Assembly: GCF_009914755.1 (NCBI RefSeq)
Contig: NC_060940.1
Strand: one strand, 5' to 3'
DNA: 64,000 nucleotides
Source: the human T2T-CHM13v2.0 reference genome, Homo sapiens
Below are positions 17,967-36,440 of the stretch, piece by piece. Both the position numbers and the translations under genes were made by a program. Positions within the stretch are counted from its first letter, which is position 1, and the number at the start of each line of letters is the position of its first letter. Under the pieces are notes generated by a model. It was not told where the DNA came from and did no database searches. It saw only the letters and a program-made list of their open reading frames with translations.

Positions 17967-18109
17967 GGCGCCTGCCCGGCAGGGAAGCGAGAGGAGAAGA
18001 GGGCCCTTTTATTTTCCACTCAGATTAATATGAAGCAAAAGTCAAATATTACCTGCAGGGATTCTCCCTAGCGCTACTCAAGCCGTCAGACCCACGGCAT
18101 GCACAATCT

Positions 18110-18290
18110 TCCTGATAGAGGAGCCGCCGGACTCCCTTATTTATAGCCCTGGCGATTGACAGCCGCAACATCCAATGACGACTCCGCCACCGAGAGGCGG
18201 GCTTCCTAGACTCTAAAAGGTGCAACAACCTCCGGCTTGCAAAACCGCTTGCAACGGGATTGCAGAACGTCACGTGCTTTCCTTCGCTCT
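18110..18290 (-). promoter_or_regulatory. SEPHS2: SEPHS2 core promoter
   Basis: TATAAATA (minus) 18145-18138, implying a TSS near 18115; CCAAT 18172-18176 adjacent to TGACG; GTCACGTG E-box/CRE-like site near 18269-18276; CpG island extends into the CDS. Confidence 0.78.
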
Positions 18291-19360
18291 CTTAGTAATT
18301 TAAATGGTTTCTTGGCAGTGGCTGACGGAACTCTGCTCCCTTCCAGTCACTTTTCCAAGTCCAGCAAATTGTAGACGAGGGAAGATTGGTCACTCGGCAA
18401 ACCTCATGATCGGCAGGATTGTCCCAAAGGTCACTTGACAGCGCACATGATCGATCCAGGATGGCAAAATAGCCCAAGGGAAAAAACAGAAAGCATGAGA
18501 AATTAGAAATTAAACTACTACCATTAAGTTAGCAAACTGCAGGCAGCATCAATATAATGAAATGTTAACAGGAACTTCAAGAACTCTAGGACTCAGGAGG
18601 TCGAGGCTGCAGTGAGCTGCGTCCGCGCCACTGCACTCTAGTCTGGGCGACAGAGCAAGAACCTGTCTCTAAAACAAACAACAATAACAAACAAACAAAC
18701 ACCCCCCCACACACACAGACACACACAAAAAGAGAGATTTAGGACTGGAAGTCCAGACACCTGCATGGATTCTAATGGTGTTTCCCACCAGCTTTGTGTG
18801 GAGTCACTCTCCGCGTCGGTTGACTCATCCATCTGTGGAACAGAGTGGGTTACATAGGACTGGTCTATTCTAAAATTCCTATATCTCTGTAAATAAATAT
18901 ATATATATATCTTATATAGCCATGAAGGGCAGTTTGCCAATATCTATTAAAAACTCCACCTCCCAGGTTCAAGTGATTCTCCTGCTTCAGCCTCCTGAAT
19001 AGCTGGGATTACAGGTGTGCGCCACCACACCCGGCTTATTTTTGCGTTTTTAGTACAGACGGGATTTCACCACGTTGGCCAGGCTGGTCTCAAACTCCTG
19101 ACCTCAAGTGATCTGCTGGCCTCGGCCTCCCGAAGTGCTGGGATTACAGGCATAAGCCACCACACCCAGCCAATAAAAACTTTTTTAAAAGACAAGAAAA
19201 TGAATAGAAGACTCAGCATAGGGGCTATGTCTAGGGAGGGCTACATAGGGAGCTTCTGGGCTATGTTTAATTCTGTTCATTGGGCTGGTGGTGGGTACGT
19301 GGTACATGGTTGTTCTTTAAACTGTACATAGATATTTTCGGGGCCGGGCACAGTGGCTCA

Positions 19361-19680
<320 letters not shown>

Positions 19681-20023
19681 CTATATTTCAGAATTTAAAA
19701 AACATGCAAAAAGAAAGCATGATGGAGTGGGAAAATACAGTGAAAGCAAAAGACCTTGTATGATGTCTGCATTGCTGTCAGTGAGCTGGCTGACCTTGAG
19801 GAAGTGATCTAGCCTCTCTGCACCTTAGTCTTCTCTTCTGTTAAACCAGGGTCACAATCTCTGCTTAGGATCTAGTGGAAGGGCCATAGGAAACCTCAGC
19901 TGAAAAGTGTTTTGCAAAATGTTAAGCCTATTGTACAGGGAAAGGATCCTCATATCTCTAAGGGAAAGAGGAAAACATTGTATTATGTCTGTAATCACCT
20001 CACCTGAGTTAAAAAGTGACTAG

Positions 20024-20339
<316 letters not shown>

Positions 20340-20462
20340 TGATCCGCCCCCTTCGGCCTCCCAAAGTTCTGGGATTACAGGCATGAGCCACCGCGCCTGG
20401 CCCTGTAATTCTTTAATCATGTGATAATGCCATGCCTATCTGTCTGGCCCCCTCGTTTGTAA

Positions 20463-20847
<385 letters not shown>

Positions 20848-21696
20848 TAGGAAGCAGAGGTCTTTGGGGGAAGGTTTTCATCCATACAGTTCCCTGTTGC
20901 TTCTACTTGGAGCAATATTCACTTGGGCCAGTGCAAAGAAAGTCACGAATTTGCCTTGGCCAGTGACCAACCTGCTGTGCTCAGAATGACACATGCATGT
21001 GCCTCTGTGCAGGTGACCCATAGGGGCCTCTCAAGGGTGACCCTGAGGGCTGCAGCCTCAGCACCTGGAAGCATTCCTTTTGTTCTTTTCTTATTTCTCA
21101 CTGAGAGATCCATTGAGCTATGTTTTACTATTTGTGGCCGAGCGCAGTGGCTCACGCCTGTAATACCAGTACTTTGGGAGGCCAATGTGAGCGGATCACC
21201 TGAGGTCAAGAGTTCGAGACCAGCCTAGCCAATATGGCGAAACCCTGTCTCTACTAAAAATACAAAAATTAGCCGGGCATGGTGGTGCATGCCTGTAATT
21301 TCAGCTACTCAAGAGGCTGAGGCAGGAGGATAACTTGAACCCAGGAGGCGAAGGTTGCAGTGAGCAGAGATCGCACCAATGCACTCCAGTCTGGGTGCCA
21401 GAGTGAGACTCCATCTCAAAAAAAAAAAAAAGAACAAGAAGACCTCGCTTGAGCCTGGGAGTTCAAGTTCAAGGTGACAGTAAGCTATGGATTGCGCCAC
21501 TGCACTCCAGGTTGGGAAAAGAATAACAGGATTGGAGTCCTAGCCCCTGGTTTGCTTTTCACATACAACAACAGCATTTGGGTCAGGTATGTGGCCCAAT
21601 TGTGATAATCATTTGGGGTTATAACACTACACTTGAAGGATCAGTACATCTAAAAAATTCTTATTTTTTACTGTGGTAAAATATACATACCTTTAG

Positions 21697-21873
<177 letters not shown>

Positions 21874-22257
21874 TAAATTTTTGTAGAGATAGGGTCTTGA
21901 TATGTTTCCCAGGCTGATCTCCAACTCCTGGGCTCAAATGATCCACTCACCTGAGCCTCCCAAAATGCTGGGATTACAGGTGTGAACTACAACACCCGGC
22001 CCCATTTTTTTTCTTATTGTAAAATCATTCTGTTGTCATTGTAGAAAAATCACAAAATACAGCTTCGTAAAAAGGAGGAATGTTAAAACGACTTGAAATC
22101 CCATTTCCCAAAGAGAAATCCTTGGGATACCTTAATGGATGGTGTTTTAAACATTTTCCACCTACACGCATCACCCTCCAGGGGGCGCCCTGTCACCCTC
22201 CGCCCTGTGGGGAACCCTGCCCTGTGTGCTGTGTATGTATGTTTTTTTTTAAATTAG

Positions 22258-22598
<341 letters not shown>

Positions 22599-23189
22599 TA
22601 GTAAGAAATAAAATAATGGTTAAAAATTACCTGAGATACCTGGTTATAGATGCTCAACACTCCCTGGGTTCATTCACAAATACTTACTGAAGACCTCCTC
22701 TGTGCCAGCCACTGTGCTAGACCCGGGGATACAGCAGTGAACACAACAGACAAAATTGTCTCACAGCAGTGAGCCAAGATCATGCTACTGCACTCCAGCC
22801 TGGGCAACAAGAGCAAAATTCCGTCTCAAAAAAAAAAAAAATTCAAGAGGTTTGGAACCTCTGAAGTGTCCTTCCCACAGTCTGAGCCTGCACTACCTTG
22901 GCTCAGCATCTGAATGAGTGCCCCCATTGCCGGTCCCTGACCTCGCCCTGACCCTGACCCAGGCCCGGCATGGCCTCAGTTCCCAAGCCCCACTTCCCCT
23001 GGACTTGCCTGTGGGACTTAAGAGTAGCAGGCTCTGCCTCAGAAGACTTGAGAGATGACACCTATGGCCACCACCCTCACACCTTCATCAGCTGCCACCA
23101 TCCCAAGTGACAGAAAGCTTCATCTTTGTATCTGGGGCAAATGTGAGAAGGCCTAGTGCATCATCTCTTGCCAAAAAAGCAAGAGAGCT

Positions 23190-23858
<669 letters not shown>

Positions 23859-24007
23859 CAAAGAAAGTCTTAGAGAGTGTTTGTTGAATGAATAAATGCA
23901 AAGAATGTGAAGAAGCAAACAGTGCAACACTCTGACATTCAGAACTCATCAAAGCATTGCAAATCTTTTTTAAAAATTATAATTTTTTGGCCGGGCAAGG
24001 TGGATTA

Positions 24008-24477
<470 letters not shown>

Positions 24478-25088
24478 TGATCCGCCAGCCTCGGCCTCCC
24501 AAAGTGCTGGGATTACAGCCGTGAACTACCGCGTCTGGCCAAAAATTAATTATTATTATTATTATTTTTTTTTTTAGACGGAGTCTTGCTCTGTAGCCCA
24601 GTCTGGAGTGCAATGGCATGATCTCGGCTCACTGCAACCTCTACCTCCTGGGTTCAAGTAATTCTCCTGCCTCAGCCTCCTGAGTAGCTGGGATTACAGG
24701 CGCCTGCCACCTCGCCCAGCTAATTTTTGTATTTTTAATAGAGACAGGGTTTCGCCATGTTGGCCAGGCTGGTCTCAAACTCCTGACCTCAGGTGATCCG
24801 CCTGCCTCGGCCTCCCAAAGTGCTAGGATTATAGGCATGAGCCACCGCACCCAGCCAATTAATTTTTTAAAAAAGAGATTAAGTCTCTCACCCATGCTGC
24901 ACTCACCCGGGCTGGAGTGCAGTGGTGCAATCACAGTTCACTGCAGCCTGGAACTCCTGGGCTCAAGCAATCCTCCTGCCTTATCTTCCCACCATGCCAA
25001 GCTTATCTCAAATCCGTTATTAATTTTTTTTATTTTAAAAGTAATATGTGCTCTTTATTTGAAAACAAACATTATGGAGATATATACA

Positions 25089-25416
25089 CAGCCAGCCCTT
25101 TGTATCTGTGAGTTTCATGTCCGTGCATTCAACAAATCATGCATTGAAAATGATTATAAAAGGAAGAATGAATGGTTACCTCTGCACTGAACATGTACAG
25201 ACTTTTTTCTTGTAATTATTTTCTAAACAATACAGTGTTCCAATGATTTACATGCCATTTACATTGTATTAGGTATTATAAGTAATCTAGAAATGATGTG
25301 TGTAGATTACATACAAATACTATGCCATTTTATATAAGGGGCTTGAGCATCTGTGGAACTTGTTATTTGCAGGGCTTCCTGGAATCAATCCACCATTGAT
25401 ATGGGAGGGACGACTG
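25089..25416 (-). mobile_element. MER2 (TcMar-Tigger) DNA transposon
   Basis: Terminal inverted repeats cagccagccct / gagggacgactg; internal tacattgtattaggtattataagtaatctaga matches MER2. Confidence 0.85.
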
Positions 25417-25847
25417 TGTATATCAATATCAATATCAATATCAATATCATTGCACATGGAAGGTTCCCAAAACCTCATCTCTTCTGCGCTCTATAAATAA
25501 GACATCTCTAAAATCTAGAAATAACTGTGCAGAGTTCCTCACACCAATTTGTTTTAAAGTATACCTAACAAATGTTTAGTAGGCAGAGATGTGGAAGTGA
25601 GAGGCTGAGAAAAAACAGATTTCCTGCCTAACAGATAAACGAGATGTGACACACACTGTTTTGTAACTTGATTTTTTTCTGCTTACATTATCATAACAAT
25701 CTTTCTATGCTAGCACATGTAAATCTACCTTTTTATTTTGGGGACAGGGTCTGGTTTTGTTGCCCAGGCTGGAGGGCAGTGGCGTGACCTCAGCTCACTG
25801 CAACCTCCGCCTCCTGGGCTGAAATGATCCTCCCACGTCAGCCTCCC

Positions 25848-26310
25848 TGTAGCAGGACGAGCCACAGACAAAACTCCTCAGACACCGAGTTAAAGAAGGA
25901 AGGGGTTTATTCGGCTGGGGGGCATCGGCAAGACTCCTGTCTCAAGAGCCAAGCTCCCCGAGTGAGCAATTCCTGTCCCTTTTAAGGGCTCACAACTCTA
26001 AGGGGGTGTGCGTGAGAAGGTCGTGATCGATTGAGCAAGCAGGGGGTATGTGACTGGGGGCTGCATGCACCGGTAATTAGATCGGAACAAAACAGGATAA
26101 GGATTTTCACAGTGCTTTTCTATAGAATGTCTGTAATATATAGATAACATAACCGATTAGGTCAGGGGTTGATCTTTAACTACCAGGCCCAGGGTGTGGT
26201 GCCGGGCTGTCTGCTTGTGGATTTCATTTCTGCCTTTTAGTTTTTACTTTTTCTTTCTTTGGAGGCAGAAATTGGGCATAAGATAATATAAGGGGAGGTC
26301 TCCTCCCTTT
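25848..26310 (-). mobile_element. Solo LTR2 (HERV-E family) inserted inside an Alu
   Basis: Minus strand reads aagggaggagacc...aataaacccc...gctcgtcctgctaca, matching LTR2 ends as I recall them; it splits the Alu motif cagcctccc|gagtagc with an imperfect 4-bp TSD (tccc/cccc). Confidence 0.88.
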
Positions 26311-26953
26311 CCCCGAGTAGCTGGAACCACAGGCATGCACCACCATACCCAGCTAATTTTTGTATCTTTTGCAAAGATGGGGTTTTGTCACGTTGCGGAA
26401 GCTGGTTTCAAACTCCTGGGCTCAGGCGAACTGCTCACTTTGGCCTCCCAAAGTGTTGGGATTACAGGCATGAACCACTGTGCCCAGTCGATATTTTGTT
26501 AAAGGATGGATAATATTCTATGAAATTGATATATTTAATTGATTTAACCAACTTATTGTTGGATATTTCATTTGTCTTGTCTTCTTCCTCTTTTTTTTTA
26601 ATTAAAAGATTTCCTTGGTCAGGTGTGGTGGTTCATGCCAAGTAATCCCAACACTTTAGAAGACTGAGATGGGAGGATTGCTTGAGCTTAGGAGTTTGAG
26701 ACCACCCTGGGCAACATGGCTAGACCCCTGTCTCTACAAAAAATAAAATTAGCTGGGCATGTGATACATGCCTGTGGTCCCAGCTACTTGGGAGGCTGAG
26801 GTGGGAGGATCACTGCAGTGAACCAAGATTGTGCCACTGCACTCCAGCCTGGGTGACAGAATAAGACCCTGCATTAAAAAAAAAAAAAAAAAAAAAAGAT
26901 TTCCTGGAACATGCATTTGCATTGATTGAATGATTGCTTGATTGATTGATTTT

Positions 26954-27051
26954 AGGCTAGTCAGGTGAAGCAGTGGGAGCGGAGAAAGACACAGGAATCT
27001 GTAACTGGTTGTGATCAATTCGCTGTAAACACCACTGCACTCGGGCCAGCC
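26954..27051 (-). pseudogene. Y3 RNA (RNY3-like) retropseudogene
   Basis: ggctggcccgagtgcagtggtgtttacagcgaattgatcacaaccagttacaga...cccactgcttcacctgactagcct matches hY3; followed by a decayed A-rich (ATCA)n tail. Confidence 0.92.
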
Positions 27052-27512
27052 CCTTTTGCCTTTATTCTGAGGCATCAGATGTCCTAAAAGTTGAAGCAGG
27101 TATTCCCCGTGGGGTGATCAGAGGACTTGGGAATTTGTCTTATGGGGGAATATTAGTTATAACTAAGGATGTTCAGCCAGAAAGAGAGAAGACTAAGAGG
27201 TGACATGAGCCCTGTCCAAATTTCTGAAGGAGCTTCCAGGTGTGGAATGGAACAGACTCGTCCTGGGCATTTCCACAGGTCAGAGCCACCTCTCAGCATG
27301 GGAGTCACAGGGAAGCATTTCCTATAGGCAGAGCTGCAATGCATCTCTGTGGGAAGTTGTGAGCATCCTGTCTGAAGGTGCGTAAGCAGGGCTGGCTGAA
27401 CACTTAGTGAGAGGGAATAGAGACAGGACTTGTGTGAGGCAGGGGAGCGTTGGATTAGATGATATTTGGGGTCCTTTCAAATCTGACATTTTATTACTAC
27501 ACTTCTAGTTGA

Positions 27513-27964
27513 TGTCTCACGCGTCCATGTGAAGAAACCACCAAACAGGCTTTGTGTGAGCAACAAGGCTGTTTATTTCACCTGGGTGCAGGCGGGCTGA
27601 GTCCGAAAAGAGAGTCAACAAAGGGTGGTGGATTATCATTAGTTCTTACAGGTTTTGGGATGGGGGTGAAGAGCCATGTTTTGCGGGCAGGGGTGGATCT
27701 CACAAAGTACATTCTCAAGGGTGGGGAGAATTACAAAGAACCTTCTTAAGGGTTGGGGAGATTACAAAGTACCTTCTTAAGGGTGGGGGAGATTACAAAG
27801 TACATTGAACAGTTAGGGTGGGGCAGAAACAAATCACAATGGTGGAATGTCATCAGTTAAGGCTATTTTCACTTCTTTTGTGGATCTTCAGTTGCTTCAG
27901 GCCATCTGGATGTATATGTGCAGGTCACGGTATGATGGCTTAGCTTGGGCTCAGAGGCCTGACA
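27513..27964 (-). mobile_element. Solo LTR7-family element (HERV-H; LTR7B/C-like internal repeats)
   Basis: Minus strand begins TGTCAGGCCTCTGAGCCCAAGCTAAGCCATC and ends ...gacgcgtgagaCA; perfect 5-bp TSD GTTGA at 27508-27512 and 27965-27969. Confidence 0.92.
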
Positions 27965-28374
27965 GTTGAAGGTATCATAAAAGGTGACCCGGAGAAGTTG
28001 GCCCAATGCCTTAGAGGCCTGGGGATATTTTGGCAAGTGGTGATGGGGGATGTGTTTTCCAGGCGAAGGGAACAGGCTGATCAGAGAGACTGAGGAAGGG
28101 AAGCAGGGTGTGAGGCCAAAGAGAGAGACTGGGCCAAGCTATGGCACAAGATTGAACGTTACCGCAGGTGACAAATAATTTTGTTGTGTCTGCCTAGCAC
28201 GACAACCTCCACATAAGAACTACTTCCTCAGCCAGATGAGGCGGCCGAGTGCTGGGTTTGCATGTAGGATATGACCCTGTTCCTTTGACCATAGGTTACC
28301 ACAGGATGGACATTTGACTCCAGCTGGGCCAATCAGAGATCCTCCCTCCTAAGACCTAAGACTGTGGAAATTGA

Positions 28375-28761
<387 letters not shown>

Positions 28762-29000
28762 TGACGTTGCCACTGAAGGGCAGTTATCTTCACTGTGTGT
28801 TGAAGAGGAGAAAGTAGCCTGTAGAGAGAGGGAGAATGGAGGGATGTGGGGGCCTCCTCCAGCCGCCCAGGAGACCTGATGTCTTTGGGTTCCTCTAAGG
28901 GTTTTTTTGATAGCCCTTAAATTATTGGGGTATTGTTTGTTTGGTTATTTGTTTGTTTTTTGAGACAGGGTCTGGCTCTGTCACCCAGGCTGGAGTGTAG

Positions 29001-29192
<192 letters not shown>

Positions 29193-29783
29193 TAATAGGG
29201 AGCCATCCAGGGTTTTGAAGGGAGTCATCCACGGCTCCCCAGTGAGCTTCAGGAATATTTAGCTGGAGGAGGAGTGGCATAAGGGGCTGAGAGGAGTCCA
29301 GCAGCTAGTGAAGCCAGCAGGAGGCCTTCGTAATCATTCAGCTATTAGAGGTGCTATTGGAGATGATTAGAAAGATGCTGTAGGAATTCCCCTAAACACT
29401 TTAGCTCCTTACACCATGTAAACACATCAGTCAGCAACAGGTTTCTGTTTGATTTGTTTTCTTTTTCTTTCTTTCTTTTTCTTTTTCTTTTTTTGAGATG
29501 GGGTCTTGCTCTGCTCAGCCCAGGCTGGATCACCACTCACTGCAGCCTCAAGCTCCTGGGCTCAAGGGATCCTCTCATCTCAGCCTCCTGAGTTGCTAGG
29601 ACTACAGATGTGTGCCACCATGCCTGGCTAATATTTTTATTTTTTGTAGAAATGGGGACTCACTACATTGCCCACAAGCTGGTCTTGAGCTCTCGGCTTC
29701 AAGCCATCCCACCTTGGCCTCCCAAAGCCCTGGGAATACAGGCATGAGCCACTGCACCCGGCCAAGGAACAAAGTCTTAGTCA

Positions 29784-30350
<567 letters not shown>

Positions 30351-30598
30351 TCAGCCCTGGCACATCCAGGGCTCAGGGCCAAAAGCAAGGGGAATGGCTG
30401 TGTCTGAGGTCAGACTATAGAACAGCAGCCAAGGGGCAAAAGCCTGGAGCAGCTCACACTCCAGGGAGAGGAGTGGAGTACCAGTGAGATAGTGCTGGAG
30501 GCTTTCTGCAAGAACTCAGGTTTGCAGGAAGCTAGGGAACCTGGAATGGCAGGTGGAGGCAATGAGGCCACAGCATGGGTATGTGAAAGTTAATATGA

Positions 30599-30868
<270 letters not shown>

Positions 30869-31086
30869 TGAGCTAATTTTGTATTTTTAGTAGAGACAGG
30901 GTTTAACCACACTGGCCAGGCTGGTCTCGAACTTTTGGCCTAGGTGATTCGCCTTTCTTAGCCTCTCAAAGTGCTGGGATTACAGGTGTGAGCCACCGTG
31001 CCCAGCCCATTCATCGACATTAAAGGCAAGAGAGTGTTGCCCATATCTGGTTCCCAGGTCTCTGGCCCTCAACTATATGCTCGTTT

Positions 31087-31089
<3 letters not shown>

Positions 31090-31123
<34 letters not shown>

Positions 31124-31139
31124 AACACACACACACACA
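31090..31139. repeat. Interrupted (CA)n microsatellite
   Basis: Direct inspection. Confidence 0.95.
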
Positions 31140-31321
31140 TCAACCATCCACTTAGAGGCTGGAAATGAAGCCTCTGGAGTGAGCTCACCCAGTGACAACA
31201 GATCCTATGGACTGCATATGAACACCCCCAAGAGAAGCCATCCTTCCAAAATCCTACCTGTGGTGCGTTCAGCTCAGCCCTTCCTCAGAAAATCCAGGTT
31301 GAGTTTCTAGAACTTTAGTTT

Positions 31322-31352
<31 letters not shown>

Positions 31353-31357
31353 TTTGA

Positions 31358-31518
<161 letters not shown>

Positions 31519-32810
31519 TAGTAGAGACGGGGTTTCATAATGTCGGTCGGGCTGGTCTTGAACTCTTGACCTCAAATGGTCCACGCGCCTCGGCCTCCCA
31601 AAGTGCTGGGACTACAGGCGTGAGCCACTGTGCCCGGCCTTGAGTTTCTAGAACTTTGGAATGCCCAGACCCACCTACCATGAGATCACAAGGGCCTTGG
31701 AATATGATGGTGGCCTCCAAGCTCCACCCATCGTAAGCTCCCACCACCACCTTAGAAACCGCTCGCTTGAGGTGCAGCCTCCCCTTAACCTCTTGGCAGG
31801 TGGGAAGAAGGGGAAGGAGCAGTGTGGTGACCCACAAACATCTGTCAGAGCCATCCTAACCGAAGTGGCCTTTGTCACGCACCCAGGAGGAAGTGGTGGG
31901 TGGGGAGCCAGGCTGGCGCAGAGAGCAGTAGCTGTCAGTGAGGCAGCGCCTTCCCCAGCAAGGCCTCTGTGAAGCTGCAGACAGACCTTTAGCCCTGAGC
32001 CCTCCAGGGACTGGAGGCAGCCAGGCCTGGTGGACTAGCGTGGGGCAGGGAAGCCCTAGCCTATTTCTCCAGCCCGAGCCCTGCTGCCGGCTCCATATCC
32101 ATGGCCCATTTGTCCCAAGTGTACCCAGCAGCCTCCTGCTGCCACACCCCAGCTTACTCTACTTTTTTTTCTTTTTTTGAGGCAAGGTCTCATTCTGTCA
32201 CTCGGGGGGGTGCAGTGGCGCTATTTCGGCTCACCACAGCCTTGACCACCGCAGGCTCAGGAGACCCTCCCACTTCAGCCTCCTGGGTAGCTGGACCACA
32301 GGCACATGCCACCACAGCCACCTAATTTAAAAAATTTTTTTCTTCGTAGAGAAGGGGTTTTGCCATTTTGCCCAGGCTTACCCAAGATTTTATTCATTTG
32401 ATTCATTTAAAAGCCACAAGAGGCCAGGAATGGTGGCTCACGCCTGTAATCCCAGCACTTAAGGAGGCCAAGGCAGGTGGATCACCTGTCAGGAGTTTGA
32501 GAACAGCCTGGACAACATGGTGAAACCCCGTCTCTACTACAAATACAAAAAATTAACTGGGCATGGTGGTGCGCGCTACTCGGGAGGCTAAGGCAGGGGA
32601 ATCGCTTGAAACCAGGAGGCGGAGTTTGCAGTGACCCGAGATCGTGCTACTGCAGTCCAGCCTGGGTGACAGAGCGAGACTCTGTCTCGAAATAAAAATA
32701 AAAAAATAAGTAAAAGCCAAAAGAGAGAAAGGTTCAGTAGGAAAGTATGTGGACTGGGACTAGAGGGGCCATGAGGAATGGAGGCAGCTCTGCAAGTTAT
32801 TGCTGTTGTT

Positions 32811-34444
<1,634 letters not shown>

Positions 34445-34469
34445 TTAATTTTTTATTTTTAGTAGAGAC

Positions 34470-35465
<996 letters not shown>

Positions 35466-35861
35466 CTTTTTTTATAAAACTGCAACAACAGCTAGGTGCA
35501 GTGGCTCATGCCTGTAATCCCAGCACTCTGAGAGGCCGAGGCGGGCAGATCATCTGAGGTCAGGAGTTCAAGACCAGCCTGGCCAACATGGTGAAACCCT
35601 GTCTCTCTTAAAAACACAAAAATTAGCTGGGCGTGGTGGTGGGTGCCTGTAATCTCAGCTACTTGGGAGGCTGAGGCAGGAGAATCGCTTGAACCCAGGA
35701 GGTAGAACTTGCAGTGAGCCAAGACCACGCCATTCCACTCCAGCCTGGGCAACAAGAGCAAAACTCTGTCTCAAAAAAATAAGAATGCAACAACATGGAC
35801 GAATTTCAATGGCATTATGCTGAGTGAATGAAGCCAGGCACAAAAGGCTACAGACTATACG

Positions 35862-36440
35862 CCATGGTTTGAAGATGTCCCCCAAAAGCATGTGTTAAAA
35901 AAAGAATCCCCAATGCAACAGTGTTGGGAGGTGGGGCCTAATGGGAGGTGTTTAGGTCATGGAGGCTCTGCCTCCCTAAATAGATTAATGCTGATTATAA
36001 AGGGACTGGTGGGAGGCTGAGACAGAGAACTGCTTGAACCTGGGAGGCGGAGGTTGCGGTGAGCCAAGATCACACCACTGTACTCCAGCCTGGGCTACAG
36101 AGCAAGACTCTGTCTCAAAAAAAAAAAAAAAAAACAAAAAAACAAACAAACAAAAAAAAAAAACGGGACTTAATGCTATGAGTTCAATCTCTTGTTTTTT
36201 TTGTTTGTTTGTTTGTTTTTTATTTTTCGTTTTTGTTTGGAATGCTGTCTCCTTCAAAAGATGTGATGTGATACCTTCTACTGTGGGATGACACAGCAAG
36301 AAGGCCCTCACCAGATGCAGGTCCTTCAGCCTTGGAATTCCCAGCCTCCAGAACCATAAGCCAAATAATAAATCTCTGTTCTTTATGAATTACCCAGTCT
36401 CAGGTATTCTGTCCGAGCAGCACAAAACAGACTAAGACCC
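35862..36440 (+). mobile_element. MaLR LTR (MST/MLT1A-like) interrupted by an Alu fragment
   Basis: tggtttg...aatccccaatgcaacagtgttgggaggtgggg...cccagcctccagaac...cagcacaaaacagactaagac. Confidence 0.75.

Noticed and set aside
17185-18071. Plus-strand ORFs antisense to SEPHS2
   Set aside because: Shadow frames of a GC-rich CDS; no recognisable product.
25420-25448. (ATATCA)n repeat next to MER2, and (GCAGT)x4 inside the Alu at about 28460
   Set aside because: Simple slippage expansions with no sign of function.
27690-27805. About 32-bp direct repeats (tacaaagtaccttcttaagggtgggggaga) superficially array-like
   Set aside because: Internal U3 tandem repeats of the HERV-H LTR with no spacers; not CRISPR.
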